A DNA stretch of 32,000 nt, taken from assembly GCF_001481685.1 (NCBI RefSeq), contig NZ_CP006867.1, forward strand, positions 210,001 to 242,000, in the 5' to 3' direction. This DNA comes from Ignicoccus islandicus DSM 13165. Its GTDB lineage: Archaea; Thermoproteota; Thermoprotei_A; Sulfolobales; Ignicoccaceae. The translations under genes and the position numbers were made by a program. The stretch's first letter is position 1; every line of letters starts with the position of its first letter. Shown here piece after piece: positions 8,134-17,432 of the stretch. The notes below the pieces were generated by a model. The model searched no databases and was not told where the DNA came from. It saw only the letters and a program-made list of their open reading frames with translations.

Positions 8134-10080
8134 TTGAAGAATGCGTTGGCAATGACTGTAGTCGCATTACTGATATCTATAGTACCGGTTCTCAGTCTTC
8201 TGAACTTTAATTTCAGTACTGATGCAGCGAACGTTGCTTGCAGAGCTGGGTGCGCGTGCGGTTTTAAGTTCGCTCATCTCTACTTAATACTGGTCCCCTT
8301 CAAGTTCCTCTGTCCTTACTTACCACCTTGGTTCTTCACTGTCTTCTTAGCTTGGATCCACGGTTTAGCTGTTGCCGTTACAGCCTTGATTCTCTATAAG
8401 GCTGGAGAAGAAGTGAAGAGCGGATACGGTATTCCAATTGCCCTCACCTTCTTACTGTATCCGGGAACTTGGGGAGCCCTCTCCTTTGATTTCCATCCCG
8501 ATAACATCGGACTCGTCTTTATGGCCTTAGCTTACTACCTTGTGCTTATTAAAGAGAGACCGCTCTCAGGTTACGCTGTATCGTCGCTCGCTATATTGAG
8601 TAAGGAGAGTTACGCCTTTCCTATATTAGGATTAGCTCTCTATAGGGTGGTGAGCTCGAAGGGCAGAGACAAGGTAAGCTTGTTAGCGTTAATAGCTTTC
8701 GTTGCTATCGGATACCTAGCTGTATTCGAGCTGCTCCCGAGGCTCGGAGGCGCCAAGGGAGGTTTGCTGACATTTAGGTGGGGTCCACTAACGTTCGATA
8801 ACTTCGTTGAGAAATTGATTACGTTGCCACTTCACGAAAAGAAGTTCTTGATGTTGATACTAATACCTATTGTTAACCCTCTCGCTGCAATAGCCTCAAT
8901 AAGCTTTAAGTCATTGTTATTCTTACCAGATTACTTTAACTTATTCATGACTCTTTATCGCTATGACGTAAAGTTCGACTTCGGATTTCACTACCACGCA
9001 ATTATAGCCCTCGAGTTCGCAGTAATGATCTTACTGGCAGTAAGAGAGGGTCTTTTCGATAAACTGAGCGTTCTCAAGAAGAACTTAGGGGTTATGCTGT
9101 TACTCAACATCTTTCTCAACCCAATTACGCCCCTCCCGTACTACTCCTACGTCTATGATTCGTTAACGCACCAATTAAGGTTCCAGAGCCTCATTTACCC
9201 GTTCGTTAAGTACGTGACGTACAGGCCGTTATACACTGGATGGTGGGAATGCTTCCCTAACCAGATACACATGTTGGAGTTATTCGCATCGGAAGCGAAT
9301 CCGAACGTGCCAGTAGTGGTATCGTTCAACGTCGCTCCGCTCTTGAGTCCAGCCTATAAAGTGGGTTGGCTGGGAAGTCCAGCAACTGATTGGCGTACGT
9401 ACTTCAGATTGCTTCCAGCGGGGCCGATCTATTGGAACGCCGTATTGTATCCGGATTCGTTGCGAACCCTTACCGGAGGACTGCTTCACTTAATTATATA
9501 TTACGGAGACTATTGGGGTCCTACAACTAGGTTTTACCTAATTCAAGCTAACGGCCTCAAGCAATCTTTCGATATACCATACTTCCTATTAAAGAAAATT
9601 GCTATAGATTTCAATTACGTCAAGGGAGCCGGTTTCTATGCCCTCGTGAACGCTACTAAGCTAAGGGAACTTGCTAAGAATTTAAGTATAAACGAACTTC
9701 CATGGGGAGTTAAGGGACCGAACGGAATTAGGGCTCCAGCCTTCGGAGACGGGTATCCTATAGGAACGTATAGAGGATATCTATATGTAGATCACAACGG
9801 TACCTATGAGTTTTACTTAAATGGTGTTGAATACGTGGAAGTCGATGGAGTTACGCTAAAGCCTACCGCGTTCGAGCTAGTTTTAATCAAGGACGGAATG
9901 TTCGCCGTTTACGCAGGCAAGGTGTACCTTACTAGGGGTTGGCACGAAATAGAGTGGAAGACTTACTCTCCGCTCTTCGGCGTTTATTGGAAGGGACCTT
10001 ACAGTTGCGCCCCTAGGCCCTTATCGGTCTTGAGGTTGGCTCAAGAGCTAACGCCCGAACTCCTAAGTTTCACTACCTAA
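8134..10080 (+). CDS. DUF2079-like polytopic membrane protein with C-terminal soluble beta-rich (PA14-like) region
   Basis: 648 aa; 'YPGTWGALSFDFHPDNIGLVFMALAYYLV...SKESYAFPILGLALY' is characteristic of DUF2079. The C-terminus 'GTYRGYLYVDHNGTYEFYLNGVEYVEVDGV...VYLTRGWHEIEWKTYSP' resembles PA14. Confidence 0.7.
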   Translation: MKNALAMTVVALLISIVPVLSLLNFNFSTDAANVACRAGCACGFKFAHLYLILVPFKFLCPYLPPWFFTVFLAWIHGLAVAVTALILYKAGEEVKSGYGIPIALTFLLYPGTWGALSFDFHPDNIGLVFMALAYYLVLIKERPLSGYAVSSLAILSKESYAFPILGLALYRVVSSKGRDKVSLLALIAFVAIGYLAVFELLPRLGGAKGGLLTFRWGPLTFDNFVEKLITLPLHEKKFLMLILIPIVNPLAAIASISFKSLLFLPDYFNLFMTLYRYDVKFDFGFHYHAIIALEFAVMILLAVREGLFDKLSVLKKNLGVMLLLNIFLNPITPLPYYSYVYDSLTHQLRFQSLIYPFVKYVTYRPLYTGWWECFPNQIHMLELFASEANPNVPVVVSFNVAPLLSPAYKVGWLGSPATDWRTYFRLLPAGPIYWNAVLYPDSLRTLTGGLLHLIIYYGDYWGPTTRFYLIQANGLKQSFDIPYFLLKKIAIDFNYVKGAGFYALVNATKLRELAKNLSINELPWGVKGPNGIRAPAFGDGYPIGTYRGYLYVDHNGTYEFYLNGVEYVEVDGVTLKPTAFELVLIKDGMFAVYAGKVYLTRGWHEIEWKTYSPLFGVYWKGPYSCAPRPLSVLRLAQELTPELLSFTT

Positions 10081-10120
10081 AATTTTACCTCCCCTCTGAA
10101 GAACCAGACGGGTAGCGCAA

Positions 10121-10846
10121 TTGAAGCCACAACACTTGACTGCTAAGCCCGGAGAAGTGGCCGAGAAAGTGTTAGCAGTAGGCGATCCGGCTAGGGCCAA
10201 AATGGTAGCGGAAAAGTACTTAGAGGAAGCTAAATTAGTGAGTTCTAACAGAGAGCTCCTAGTGTACACCGGCAAGTATAACGGAGAGGAAGTGAGCGTC
10301 GCAGTTCACGGAATAGGTGGACCGAGCGCTGCAATAGTTTTCGAAGAGCTTCGAATGTTGGGCGCGAAGCTAATAGTTAGGCTCGGAACGGCCGGTAGCT
10401 TGAGGAAGGAGATAGGAGTTCCCGAACCAATAGTAGTTACCGGTGCCTCCTACTACGAAGGCGGAGTACTCGGCGTTTACTCCCCTAACACTTGCCTCTC
10501 TACGTCACCCGACCCGATCCTAACTTCCCATATCGCCAAGACTTTCAGCCAAAGGAACGTGAACTACCATCTAGGCCCCGTAATTAGCAACGACGCTTTC
10601 TACGCTGAAAGCGAAAACTTCGCTGAGTATTGGGCTAAGAGGGGAATGGTTGCAGTGGAAATGGAGTGCGCCACTTTGTTCGCATTGGGATGGATGAGGG
10701 GCTTCAAGACGGGGGCGGTAGTAGTAACGGCCGATAGCCTGGTAGACCCTTCGAAGAAGGACTTACTTCACCACGAACAACTGGCGCCAGTCATGGAAAA
10801 GGTCACCGAAGCCTTGTTAGATGCGATTTCAACCTTTAGTTTATGA
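10121..10846 (+). CDS. Nucleoside phosphorylase (purine/uridine phosphorylase family)
   Basis: 241 aa; 'VLAVGDPARAKMVAEKYLEEAKLVSSNRELLVYTGKYNGEEVSVAVHGIGGPSAAIVFEEL', 'RLGTAGSL', 'VAVEMECATLFALG' are canonical PNP/UDP motifs. Confidence 0.92.
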   Translation: MKPQHLTAKPGEVAEKVLAVGDPARAKMVAEKYLEEAKLVSSNRELLVYTGKYNGEEVSVAVHGIGGPSAAIVFEELRMLGAKLIVRLGTAGSLRKEIGVPEPIVVTGASYYEGGVLGVYSPNTCLSTSPDPILTSHIAKTFSQRNVNYHLGPVISNDAFYAESENFAEYWAKRGMVAVEMECATLFALGWMRGFKTGAVVVTADSLVDPSKKDLLHHEQLAPVMEKVTEALLDAISTFSL

Positions 10847-11516
10847 GACACCCTTCCGCCTCCGCTTCCCCCAACAGTTCCAATACTTCCTCATCGCTCA
10901 AATCGTACCAGTTCTCGTACGCATCAGCCACGGCGAACGGGTAATAGGTCCTCAGGTTTAGAATTACCACTAAATCGGCCACTTGGGCCACTGCTTCCGC
11001 ACCACTCGCACTGGAAGTAGGTGCACAAGCCCATACTTCCTCTGCACCGAGCTTCTTCAGTGACCTCACGGCAACTCTCATGGTGTAACCGGCTGCTATT
11101 CCATCATCAATTGCGCAGACTTTCAGCCCAGTTAAATCTGGGTAAGGTCTCCCCTTTCTAAATAACTTCTCCCTTTCCCTTACTCTCTCCAGCGCCGCCT
11201 CTATTTGCCTCTTCACCACCTCTTCTGGGAGACCTACGTCCGCCACTTCGAAATCCAAGGAACTAACTGCTCCGAAGCCTGCCTCCGTAGTCCAAGGATA
11301 TAATACCTTCTTTACGATTATTAGATCCATCTTAGATCTTAGCGTTTTGCATGCTTCCAAAGCCACCGGAACTCCGCCAGCCGGTATTGCGAAGATAAGG
11401 TCGGGTACTAGGTCTAATTTCTTCAAGAACGTTCCTAGCTTCCTACCCGCGTCCCTTCTATCTTTGAAAACGGGAGCCAGGTCCACGAGGTTTTCATCAA
11501 ATACGATTCTACCCAT
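10836..11516 (-). CDS. Phosphoribosyltransferase-domain protein
   Basis: 226 aa; 'DLIFAIPAGGVPVALEACKTLRSKMDLIIVKKV' and PRPP-loop-like 'VCAIDDGIAAGYTMRVAVRSLKKLGAEEV'. Confidence 0.85.
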   Translation of the reverse strand: MGRIVFDENLVDLAPVFKDRRDAGRKLGTFLKKLDLVPDLIFAIPAGGVPVALEACKTLRSKMDLIIVKKVLYPWTTEAGFGAVSSLDFEVADVGLPEEVVKRQIEAALERVREREKLFRKGRPYPDLTGLKVCAIDDGIAAGYTMRVAVRSLKKLGAEEVWACAPTSSASGAEAVAQVADLVVILNLRTYYPFAVADAYENWYDLSDEEVLELLGEAEAEGCLIN

Positions 11517-11565
11517 AACTACGACCTAAGTTTACGAGTTAAATTATGGGATAAAAGAAGGGGTT

Positions 11566-12582
11566 CTAGGCCTTTGGAAGGTAACCTAGCTCCTCGAAGT
11601 AGCTCTTGGAAACTTCGGTGAGTTCGTCCTTCTTCTCTACCATTAAGTTGTAGAACTTCTCTAACGCAATGTACGCTCTAGAACTCACCTTGCTCTTGAA
11701 CCAAGATATGTCCTTTGCATTGCCTACGTAATCCGAGAAGTCGAAGTCCCAATATTCGTCTTTAGTCCTGTTGAATATTAAGTACTCGAGCTCCAAAAGG
11801 AGCGTTCCCCTCGGGAGGACGTAATCGCCGAAGTCGTCTAACATTTGTATTATTTGCTTCCTAATTTTGCTTAAGTTCCTTATTCCAGCTAACTTATCCG
11901 GACTGGGCCTTATCTTAACTACTTGAAGTATTCCTAGGTAAGTGAGTATTAAGCTGAGGTCGCTTATAGGTTCGTACCAAGGCCTTCCCTCGACGCCCTC
12001 TATAGCAGGGGTTCTGTTAAGGACCTGACGCGCCAAGAGCAAATTGTACGGATTGGCCCTCCTGAATTTCTCCATTAGCGCGACTTCGCTTAGGCTTGCC
12101 GCTCTGGTAACGGCGATCATAGTATGCCTCGCTGGGGTTGGGAGCATTAAGCCGGCATAGAAGCTGAAGAGCAGTGCCGCTTCGGGGGAGTCCTTTAGCG
12201 CTTCGTAAACGCTTTGGGAAACGTAGGTTCTCCTCACAGCTATCTCGTTGAGCCTGTTCGGTATTTCGTCTAACTCTATTATTTCTAGAACGTGGAAGCT
12301 CTGAGGTAACCTCAAGTAGTAAAGCAAGTCTGTTATACCGAAGTTCTTTAGGGTAGCGTACCTCTCGCCCAGCTTATCCACGTGAGTAATTCCGCCCACG
12401 AGCTCGCTTAACGGGATCGGTTCCTCGTTTGGAGATGGGGCGCCGGCTATTAGGTCCAAGTAGAACTGTAAGAAACCCTTAACGTTACTGAGCTTCCCTT
12501 GGGCAGCTGCTATTACTTCCTTGAACCTCTTCGGAGTCCATAGTTTTGGACTCAGCGACACGCTTAACACGTCACTTTTCAC
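11566..12582 (-). CDS. Hypothetical protein, no recognised domain
   Basis: 338 aa uninterrupted ORF between non-overlapping neighbours; no motif I recognise. Confidence 0.75.
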   Translation of the reverse strand: MKSDVLSVSLSPKLWTPKRFKEVIAAAQGKLSNVKGFLQFYLDLIAGAPSPNEEPIPLSELVGGITHVDKLGERYATLKNFGITDLLYYLRLPQSFHVLEIIELDEIPNRLNEIAVRRTYVSQSVYEALKDSPEAALLFSFYAGLMLPTPARHTMIAVTRAASLSEVALMEKFRRANPYNLLLARQVLNRTPAIEGVEGRPWYEPISDLSLILTYLGILQVVKIRPSPDKLAGIRNLSKIRKQIIQMLDDFGDYVLPRGTLLLELEYLIFNRTKDEYWDFDFSDYVGNAKDISWFKSKVSSRAYIALEKFYNLMVEKKDELTEVSKSYFEELGYLPKA

Positions 12583-12731
12583 CCGTTAGTAGAAAATGGC
12601 CAGAAACTATATATTGTTATAGGGAGGAAAAACCATTAATTTTCAAATAGCTATATAGTAATTTCTGTGAAGGATGATGCGTATTGGACGGTAATACAAC
12701 AGTTATAACTGTTTGTGCTTCCAACGAAAGG

Positions 12732-12833
12732 ATGTTCATAGCAATGGCAATTTCCGTTTCGATAGCTACCGTTGTTGGAATATACGTCGGTACCTTGCTC
12801 TGCAAGAGGCTCAAGAACAAAGCGGGCTCGTGA
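12732..12833 (+). CDS. Possible 33-aa single-TM small protein
   Basis: My translation: MFIAMAISVSIATVVGIYVGTLLCKRLKNKAGS*; one hydrophobic segment followed by a basic tail. Confidence 0.35.
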   Translation: MFIAMAISVSIATVVGIYVGTLLCKRLKNKAGS

Positions 12834-12896
12834 AAACCATCAGCTTATAATTAACTAGATAGTATAGTTCTCACACGGTATCGAAGGGGGATTCTA

Positions 12897-14129
12897 ATGA
12901 GCGTTTCGTCAGCTCTCCCAATTCCAAAGGAAGTCTTAGAAGACCTATCGAGAGACCCCATAGCGAAACAAGTATTAATAACGATCTTTAGGGCCGGGAG
13001 CGTCGCTCCTCAAGTAGGCCTCGAAAGCGGGGTTCGATACCCCCAGCTCGATAATATACCTAACTGGAAGCAAGTAATCGAGAAGCTGATAAAGTATAAC
13101 CTCGTTGAAAGAGAAATAGCGGATAGACTAATACACTGTCCTAGATGCGGTTCGATCCACGTAGCCTCCAAGCTCCTCTGTCCTTGGTGTAAGAGCTTCA
13201 ACATAGAGTTAACGTACATAATTCAACACACCCTCTGTGGGTACATAGATACTGAGACGAAGTTCAGGGATCCTAACACCGGTAACCTGGTTTGTCCGAA
13301 ATGCAGGAGGCCTTTGAGGAAGGAGGGTTTGGACTACGTAGTTATTGGTAAAGTGTTCGAATGCATGGAATGTAGAAGGAAAACCAATAAGCCATTAATA
13401 GTGTTCCAGTGCAAGAACTGTAATCACCAATTCGATTACTTAAACGCATCCTACGAACCAGTTTACGAGTACACTCTGACGCCCTTAGGATCCAAGCTAG
13501 TAACTTCTGGAGCGTTACTGAAGGACGAAATAATAGAGGCCCTCAAGGACCTAGGGTTAGTAGTGGAGTCTCCGGGTAAGGAAAGGGGCAGAAGCGGAAT
13601 AGAGCACAGCTTCGATATCATCGCTAGAACGAACACCGGTAGAGTGCTCGCGATAGACTTCGTTGACGAGAACGACCCTTCGGCTGCGTTAACTTCGAGG
13701 ATGCCTAAGGTCCTAGACACGGGGATAGATAGGTACGTTATAATACTACCATCGGGAGCTCTGGAAGCATCGATGTTCGTTCAAATGAAGAACGTAATAG
13801 TCTTAGATCTATCTGAACCGTATATTATTGACAGAATAGTATCCATTGCTCGAGAACTGCTGAGAGGTGAGGTGAAGACCGTCGAAGTCGAAGCACCCCC
13901 CGCCGAAGAGGGTGGAGAAGAGCTCTTCTTCGGAGAAGGCGCCGAAGTATCGCCAGAGAAGGAGGAACTACTGGTATCCGGTCCCGGTCCAGAAGAGGGA
14001 TTGAATATAGGAGTTCCGGAAGAAGAGGAACTCAAGGAACTGGTCAACCAAGCTCAAAGGAAGGAGAGGAAGGAAAAAGAGAAGAAAGAAGAGGAGTTAT
14101 TGGGCGCGGAAGAGTTCTTCGGGGGATGA
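12897..14129 (+). CDS. TackOD1-like multi-zinc-ribbon protein with restriction-endonuclease-fold-like domain and acidic/charged C-terminal tail
   Basis: 410 aa; Cys pairs 'HCPRCGSIHVASKLLCPWCKSFNIE', 'LVCPKCRRPL', 'FECMECRRKT', 'FQCKNCNHQF'; then 'HSFDIIARTNTGRVLAIDFVDEND' and a Glu/Lys-rich tail. Confidence 0.65.
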   Translation: MSVSSALPIPKEVLEDLSRDPIAKQVLITIFRAGSVAPQVGLESGVRYPQLDNIPNWKQVIEKLIKYNLVEREIADRLIHCPRCGSIHVASKLLCPWCKSFNIELTYIIQHTLCGYIDTETKFRDPNTGNLVCPKCRRPLRKEGLDYVVIGKVFECMECRRKTNKPLIVFQCKNCNHQFDYLNASYEPVYEYTLTPLGSKLVTSGALLKDEIIEALKDLGLVVESPGKERGRSGIEHSFDIIARTNTGRVLAIDFVDENDPSAALTSRMPKVLDTGIDRYVIILPSGALEASMFVQMKNVIVLDLSEPYIIDRIVSIARELLRGEVKTVEVEAPPAEEGGEELFFGEGAEVSPEKEELLVSGPGPEEGLNIGVPEEEELKELVNQAQRKERKEKEKKEEELLGAEEFFGG

Positions 14130-14206
14130 ACGGCTTTTAGCGGCTGACCGAGGAAGGAATGAAGTTTTCACGGACCGGGAGACCCCTCTAACGAGGGCCT
14201 CGCGAA

Positions 14207-14875
14207 GTGTTCGCAATAGGAGCCATACCTTACGATTCAAAAGAGAAAGTTAGGAGAAGGATATTGAAAGCGACTGCTCTAGGGGCCGATCTAGTTGAGT
14301 TCCGGTTAGATTACTGGAACGGACCAATGCCCGACTTTTCAGAAGAAGCAGAGCTAGCCAGGAGGTACGGAATGGACGTAATAGTTACTGTGAGAGATCC
14401 TAGCGAGGGAGGAGTTAGAAAAATCGAATGGAAGAAGGAGGCGTACGAGCTAGCGAACGAACTCGGTTGTTGGTGCGATGTCGAAGCTAAGTTATATCCC
14501 GAACCCCCCTGCGAGAACAGTATCGCTTCAATTCATTTTTTCAACGAACCTACTGAAAGCGATTACGAATTAATAGAGAAATTGTCTCTTTCAAGGATCA
14601 ATTTCTCCGTTTTTAAAGTAGCTGCGAAGGTGTCTACTATTGACGAATTGCTGAAGCTGGTGAGGTCAATAAGGCATCCAAGGAAGGCTTTCATGCCTAT
14701 GGGGAAGGGGACGGAGAAACTGAGACTAATTACGCCCCTCTTGGGCTCCTATTTCTCTTACGGATCAGTAGAGGAGAGTACTGCGCCGGGCCAAGTACCG
14801 CTAGAGTTAATAGTAAAAGCTGTAACGCTTTCGCGGAGCGCCGATGAGCTATACTCCCCAGAGCGACAAGAATGA
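14207..14875 (+). CDS. aroD: Type I 3-dehydroquinate dehydratase
   Basis: 222 aa; 'GADLVEFRLDYW', 'VIVTVRDPSEGG', 'NFSVFKVAAKVSTIDELLKL' (Schiff-base Lys region), 'GKGTEKLRLITPLLGSYFSYGSVEESTAPGQVPL'. Confidence 0.93.
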   Translation: MFAIGAIPYDSKEKVRRRILKATALGADLVEFRLDYWNGPMPDFSEEAELARRYGMDVIVTVRDPSEGGVRKIEWKKEAYELANELGCWCDVEAKLYPEPPCENSIASIHFFNEPTESDYELIEKLSLSRINFSVFKVAAKVSTIDELLKLVRSIRHPRKAFMPMGKGTEKLRLITPLLGSYFSYGSVEESTAPGQVPLELIVKAVTLSRSADELYSPERQE

Positions 14876-14898
14876 GCGAAATTCCTTTAGGTGAGGTT

Positions 14899-16458
14899 TC
14901 AGATCCCTACGAATCCGTCCGGTAGCTCGGTCGTTATTACGTTCTTCAAGTCCTCGCTAATTCTCTTGGCCTCTTCCAACATGTCAAAGACTTCTACGAT
15001 TCTTCCCTCATTTATTAGGCTTTCCACCTTCTCCTTTATCTCAGCTATCTCCTTTAATCTGCTTAACAGTTCCTCGCAGTTGTCCTTCAGTAGGACGTAT
15101 AAGACCATTTCGGTTAAGTTCGGTAACTTTATACCCAGATCGTCCTCATATTTCTTTAAGTCCTTCAACAAGAGAGCTAAGGCGAACACGCACTCCATTA
15201 TTTCCAGCGCCTTTTCACATCCAAATTTCTCTACTAATGCAACAGAGGTAGGTATTTGAGCCGGTAGCAAATCGCTCGGACTGAGTTCCATTAGGTCTAT
15301 CAATAGGTTGGAGACCTTCTTTATACACAAGCTGTTCTTAGATACTGAGTCGAGCCATTTCTCGAAGTTATCGCAACCGTCCTTTAACGCTTCCACGATG
15401 TCCTCCATGCTCATCAAATCTTTCAAGATTTTCTTCACTACATCCAAATGTTTCAATAAGCATGGTAAGGCGTAAAGGAGCTTCGGACCAAGGTTCCTAA
15501 GCGTTAGGAAATCGTCGATGGGTACGTCGTTCCCAAGCTCGGTAATTATTTCCCACAAGGCTTTCTCTAAGGCCTTACAAAGTATCTTCGCCCTTTCTTC
15601 GCACTTACTCTCCTCAACTATCGACTTCAGTATATTGATTACCTTAGGAGTTCCTATAGTTACCAGTTCACCGCTCTCTAGAATAACTGCAACTTCCGTG
15701 ACCGTTGGGGAGTAGTCTAGCTTTATTGGAATAGACTTGAAATATTCCCTCGCAACTATCTTCCCATCAACTGAGAAAAACGTTAGGGACTTATCGACGT
15801 TATCGGCGACGGCGAACTCGTCTCCCTTAGGGCTCCACTTTAGATCGTTAACTCCTCCTAGGGTAGCTATTTCTTCCAAGTTCAATCTCTCATAGTTAAC
15901 TACCTTGAATACCTTCCCGTTATTGGTGCCTACCACCAAGTAGGGGCCCCACGAAAGCCCGAATATAGGGGAACCGAGTTCCGTTGACCACGTTATCCTG
16001 CCCTCATCTATAACTAATAGCCTACCCTCCATTGTTCCGGCTACAATTATTCCCTTCTTAGCTGCCACGGCAGTTACGTTCAGGCCCACTTGTATAGTTT
16101 CCATTTCAATGCTTCTATTTAATGGAAGTATTGATACCCAGCCGTTGCCGGCAGCTATTACTTTACCATCGCTGTAGGTCAAGGCGTTAACGTCAGATTG
16201 AACCTCGAATTCCTTCTTTACCTTTAGTACGTTATTGAATATAATTACCCTCGAGCTCGATCCGACTACTAAGTCGTCATTAATCCAGAGTAAGTTGTAA
16301 GCTGGCACGTCTACCGTCTTCTCTACTTTCCCTTTCTTCGGTTCAACTAAATAGAAACCCTTAACGCCTAATGCGACTGCTATGTAAGTGTTTCCCCAAG
16401 CTATGTCGGTAGGAGGTGTTAGAAGCCTCACTTGCAACCTCGTTCGTGGGACTTCCAT
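14899..16458 (-). CDS. Beta-propeller-like N-terminal domain plus alpha-helical C-terminal region; function unknown
   Basis: 519 aa; repeated propeller-like strands ('DIAWGNTYIAVALGVKGFYLVEPKKG...', 'GTMEGRLLVIDEGRITWSTELGSPIFGLSWGPYLVVGTNNGKVF', 'DLKWSPKGDEFAVADNVDKSLTFFSVDG') followed by about 230 aa of helical, Cys-containing sequence. Confidence 0.6.
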   Translation of the reverse strand: MEVPRTRLQVRLLTPPTDIAWGNTYIAVALGVKGFYLVEPKKGKVEKTVDVPAYNLLWINDDLVVGSSSRVIIFNNVLKVKKEFEVQSDVNALTYSDGKVIAAGNGWVSILPLNRSIEMETIQVGLNVTAVAAKKGIIVAGTMEGRLLVIDEGRITWSTELGSPIFGLSWGPYLVVGTNNGKVFKVVNYERLNLEEIATLGGVNDLKWSPKGDEFAVADNVDKSLTFFSVDGKIVAREYFKSIPIKLDYSPTVTEVAVILESGELVTIGTPKVINILKSIVEESKCEERAKILCKALEKALWEIITELGNDVPIDDFLTLRNLGPKLLYALPCLLKHLDVVKKILKDLMSMEDIVEALKDGCDNFEKWLDSVSKNSLCIKKVSNLLIDLMELSPSDLLPAQIPTSVALVEKFGCEKALEIMECVFALALLLKDLKKYEDDLGIKLPNLTEMVLYVLLKDNCEELLSRLKEIAEIKEKVESLINEGRIVEVFDMLEEAKRISEDLKNVITTELPDGFVGI

Positions 16459-16512
16459 GACTCATCTTCTCGTTACTTCCGATCTGGAGCGATCGATAAT
16501 AGCTTTACGTGC

Positions 16513-17301
16513 CTAAATTCTGAGTTTGTTCGAATGCATATCTAAACCGAGGTCCTTGGGAGATAGACCTAGAGCCAAGCCCACTAGTTGATGCAAATGA
16601 ACTACGGGTTTCCCCCTCACGCTAGTATCAATGTGATATTGGCAGAAGGGACACAGGGTTACTATTACGTCGCTATCTAAGGACCTGCGAACCACCTCAT
16701 GAGCCATTCTCGTCGCATTAGGTTTGTCGTACGTAACTACAGGGAACCCGCAACAGAACTCTATTCTAGGACCTATTTCAACTCCAAGTTTCCTTAGGAT
16801 CCTTTCCATTACTTCAAATACGTCCTTCCCTTTTGCCTTGAAGCCGAACTTAGCTTGACATCCCGGATAGAGGGCTACCTTTAAGTTAGCGAGCGGACGT
16901 AGGACGTGGTCTTCAGTTAACTTCTCGTCTAATATTTCTATGAAGTGAAGCACCTCCATTTTAACTAAGTCCATGTGCTTGCTCTCCATAACCTCCTTAG
17001 TCCTCTCATACAAGTCCTTGTTCCGAAACGCCTCCTCGTTCCACTTTATCAATTGATTGAAACATATACCGCAGGCTGTAAAAACCTTCTCGCAACCTTG
17101 CTCCTTAGCTAGGTAGAGGTTCGAGTTAGCTAATACTGCTGCTCCCAATGGAGATAGGTCCGCTACCATACCGGCTCCGCAACAGCCCCATCCGTCAATT
17201 TCCTTATAGCTGATGCCGAGCTTCCTAGATACTGCTTCAACCGCCTTCTCCATGTCCCTTCCGATACCTTTAGCGCTGCAACCCGGATAGTAACAAAGCA
17301 T
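16513..17301 (-). CDS. hdrB: Heterodisulfide reductase subunit B-like protein (two CCG domains)
   Basis: 262 aa; CCG motif 1 'YYPGCSAKG...GWGCCGAGM...ACGICFNQL' and motif 2 'YPGCQAKFG...EFCCGFPVV...LCPFCQYHID'. Confidence 0.9.
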   Translation of the reverse strand: MLCYYPGCSAKGIGRDMEKAVEAVSRKLGISYKEIDGWGCCGAGMVADLSPLGAAVLANSNLYLAKEQGCEKVFTACGICFNQLIKWNEEAFRNKDLYERTKEVMESKHMDLVKMEVLHFIEILDEKLTEDHVLRPLANLKVALYPGCQAKFGFKAKGKDVFEVMERILRKLGVEIGPRIEFCCGFPVVTYDKPNATRMAHEVVRRSLDSDVIVTLCPFCQYHIDTSVRGKPVVHLHQLVGLALGLSPKDLGLDMHSNKLRI

Positions 17302-17432
17302 TCTAGGGCCCGCGTATCTATTTCGAGCGAGCCCTTTTCAAAGGATGTAGTCGAAGGGCCTCTAAGCACCCTTAATTTGAGTTCGTGAAACATGCTTTAA
17401 GGAAAGAGGCCTTCGTGAGTTGGGATTGAACG

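Noticed and set aside
13010-14047. Antisense Ser-rich ORFs over the zinc-ribbon gene (13010..13219, 13463..13720, 13781..14047)
   Set aside because: Reverse reading of Glu/Lys-rich coding sequence; no independent support.
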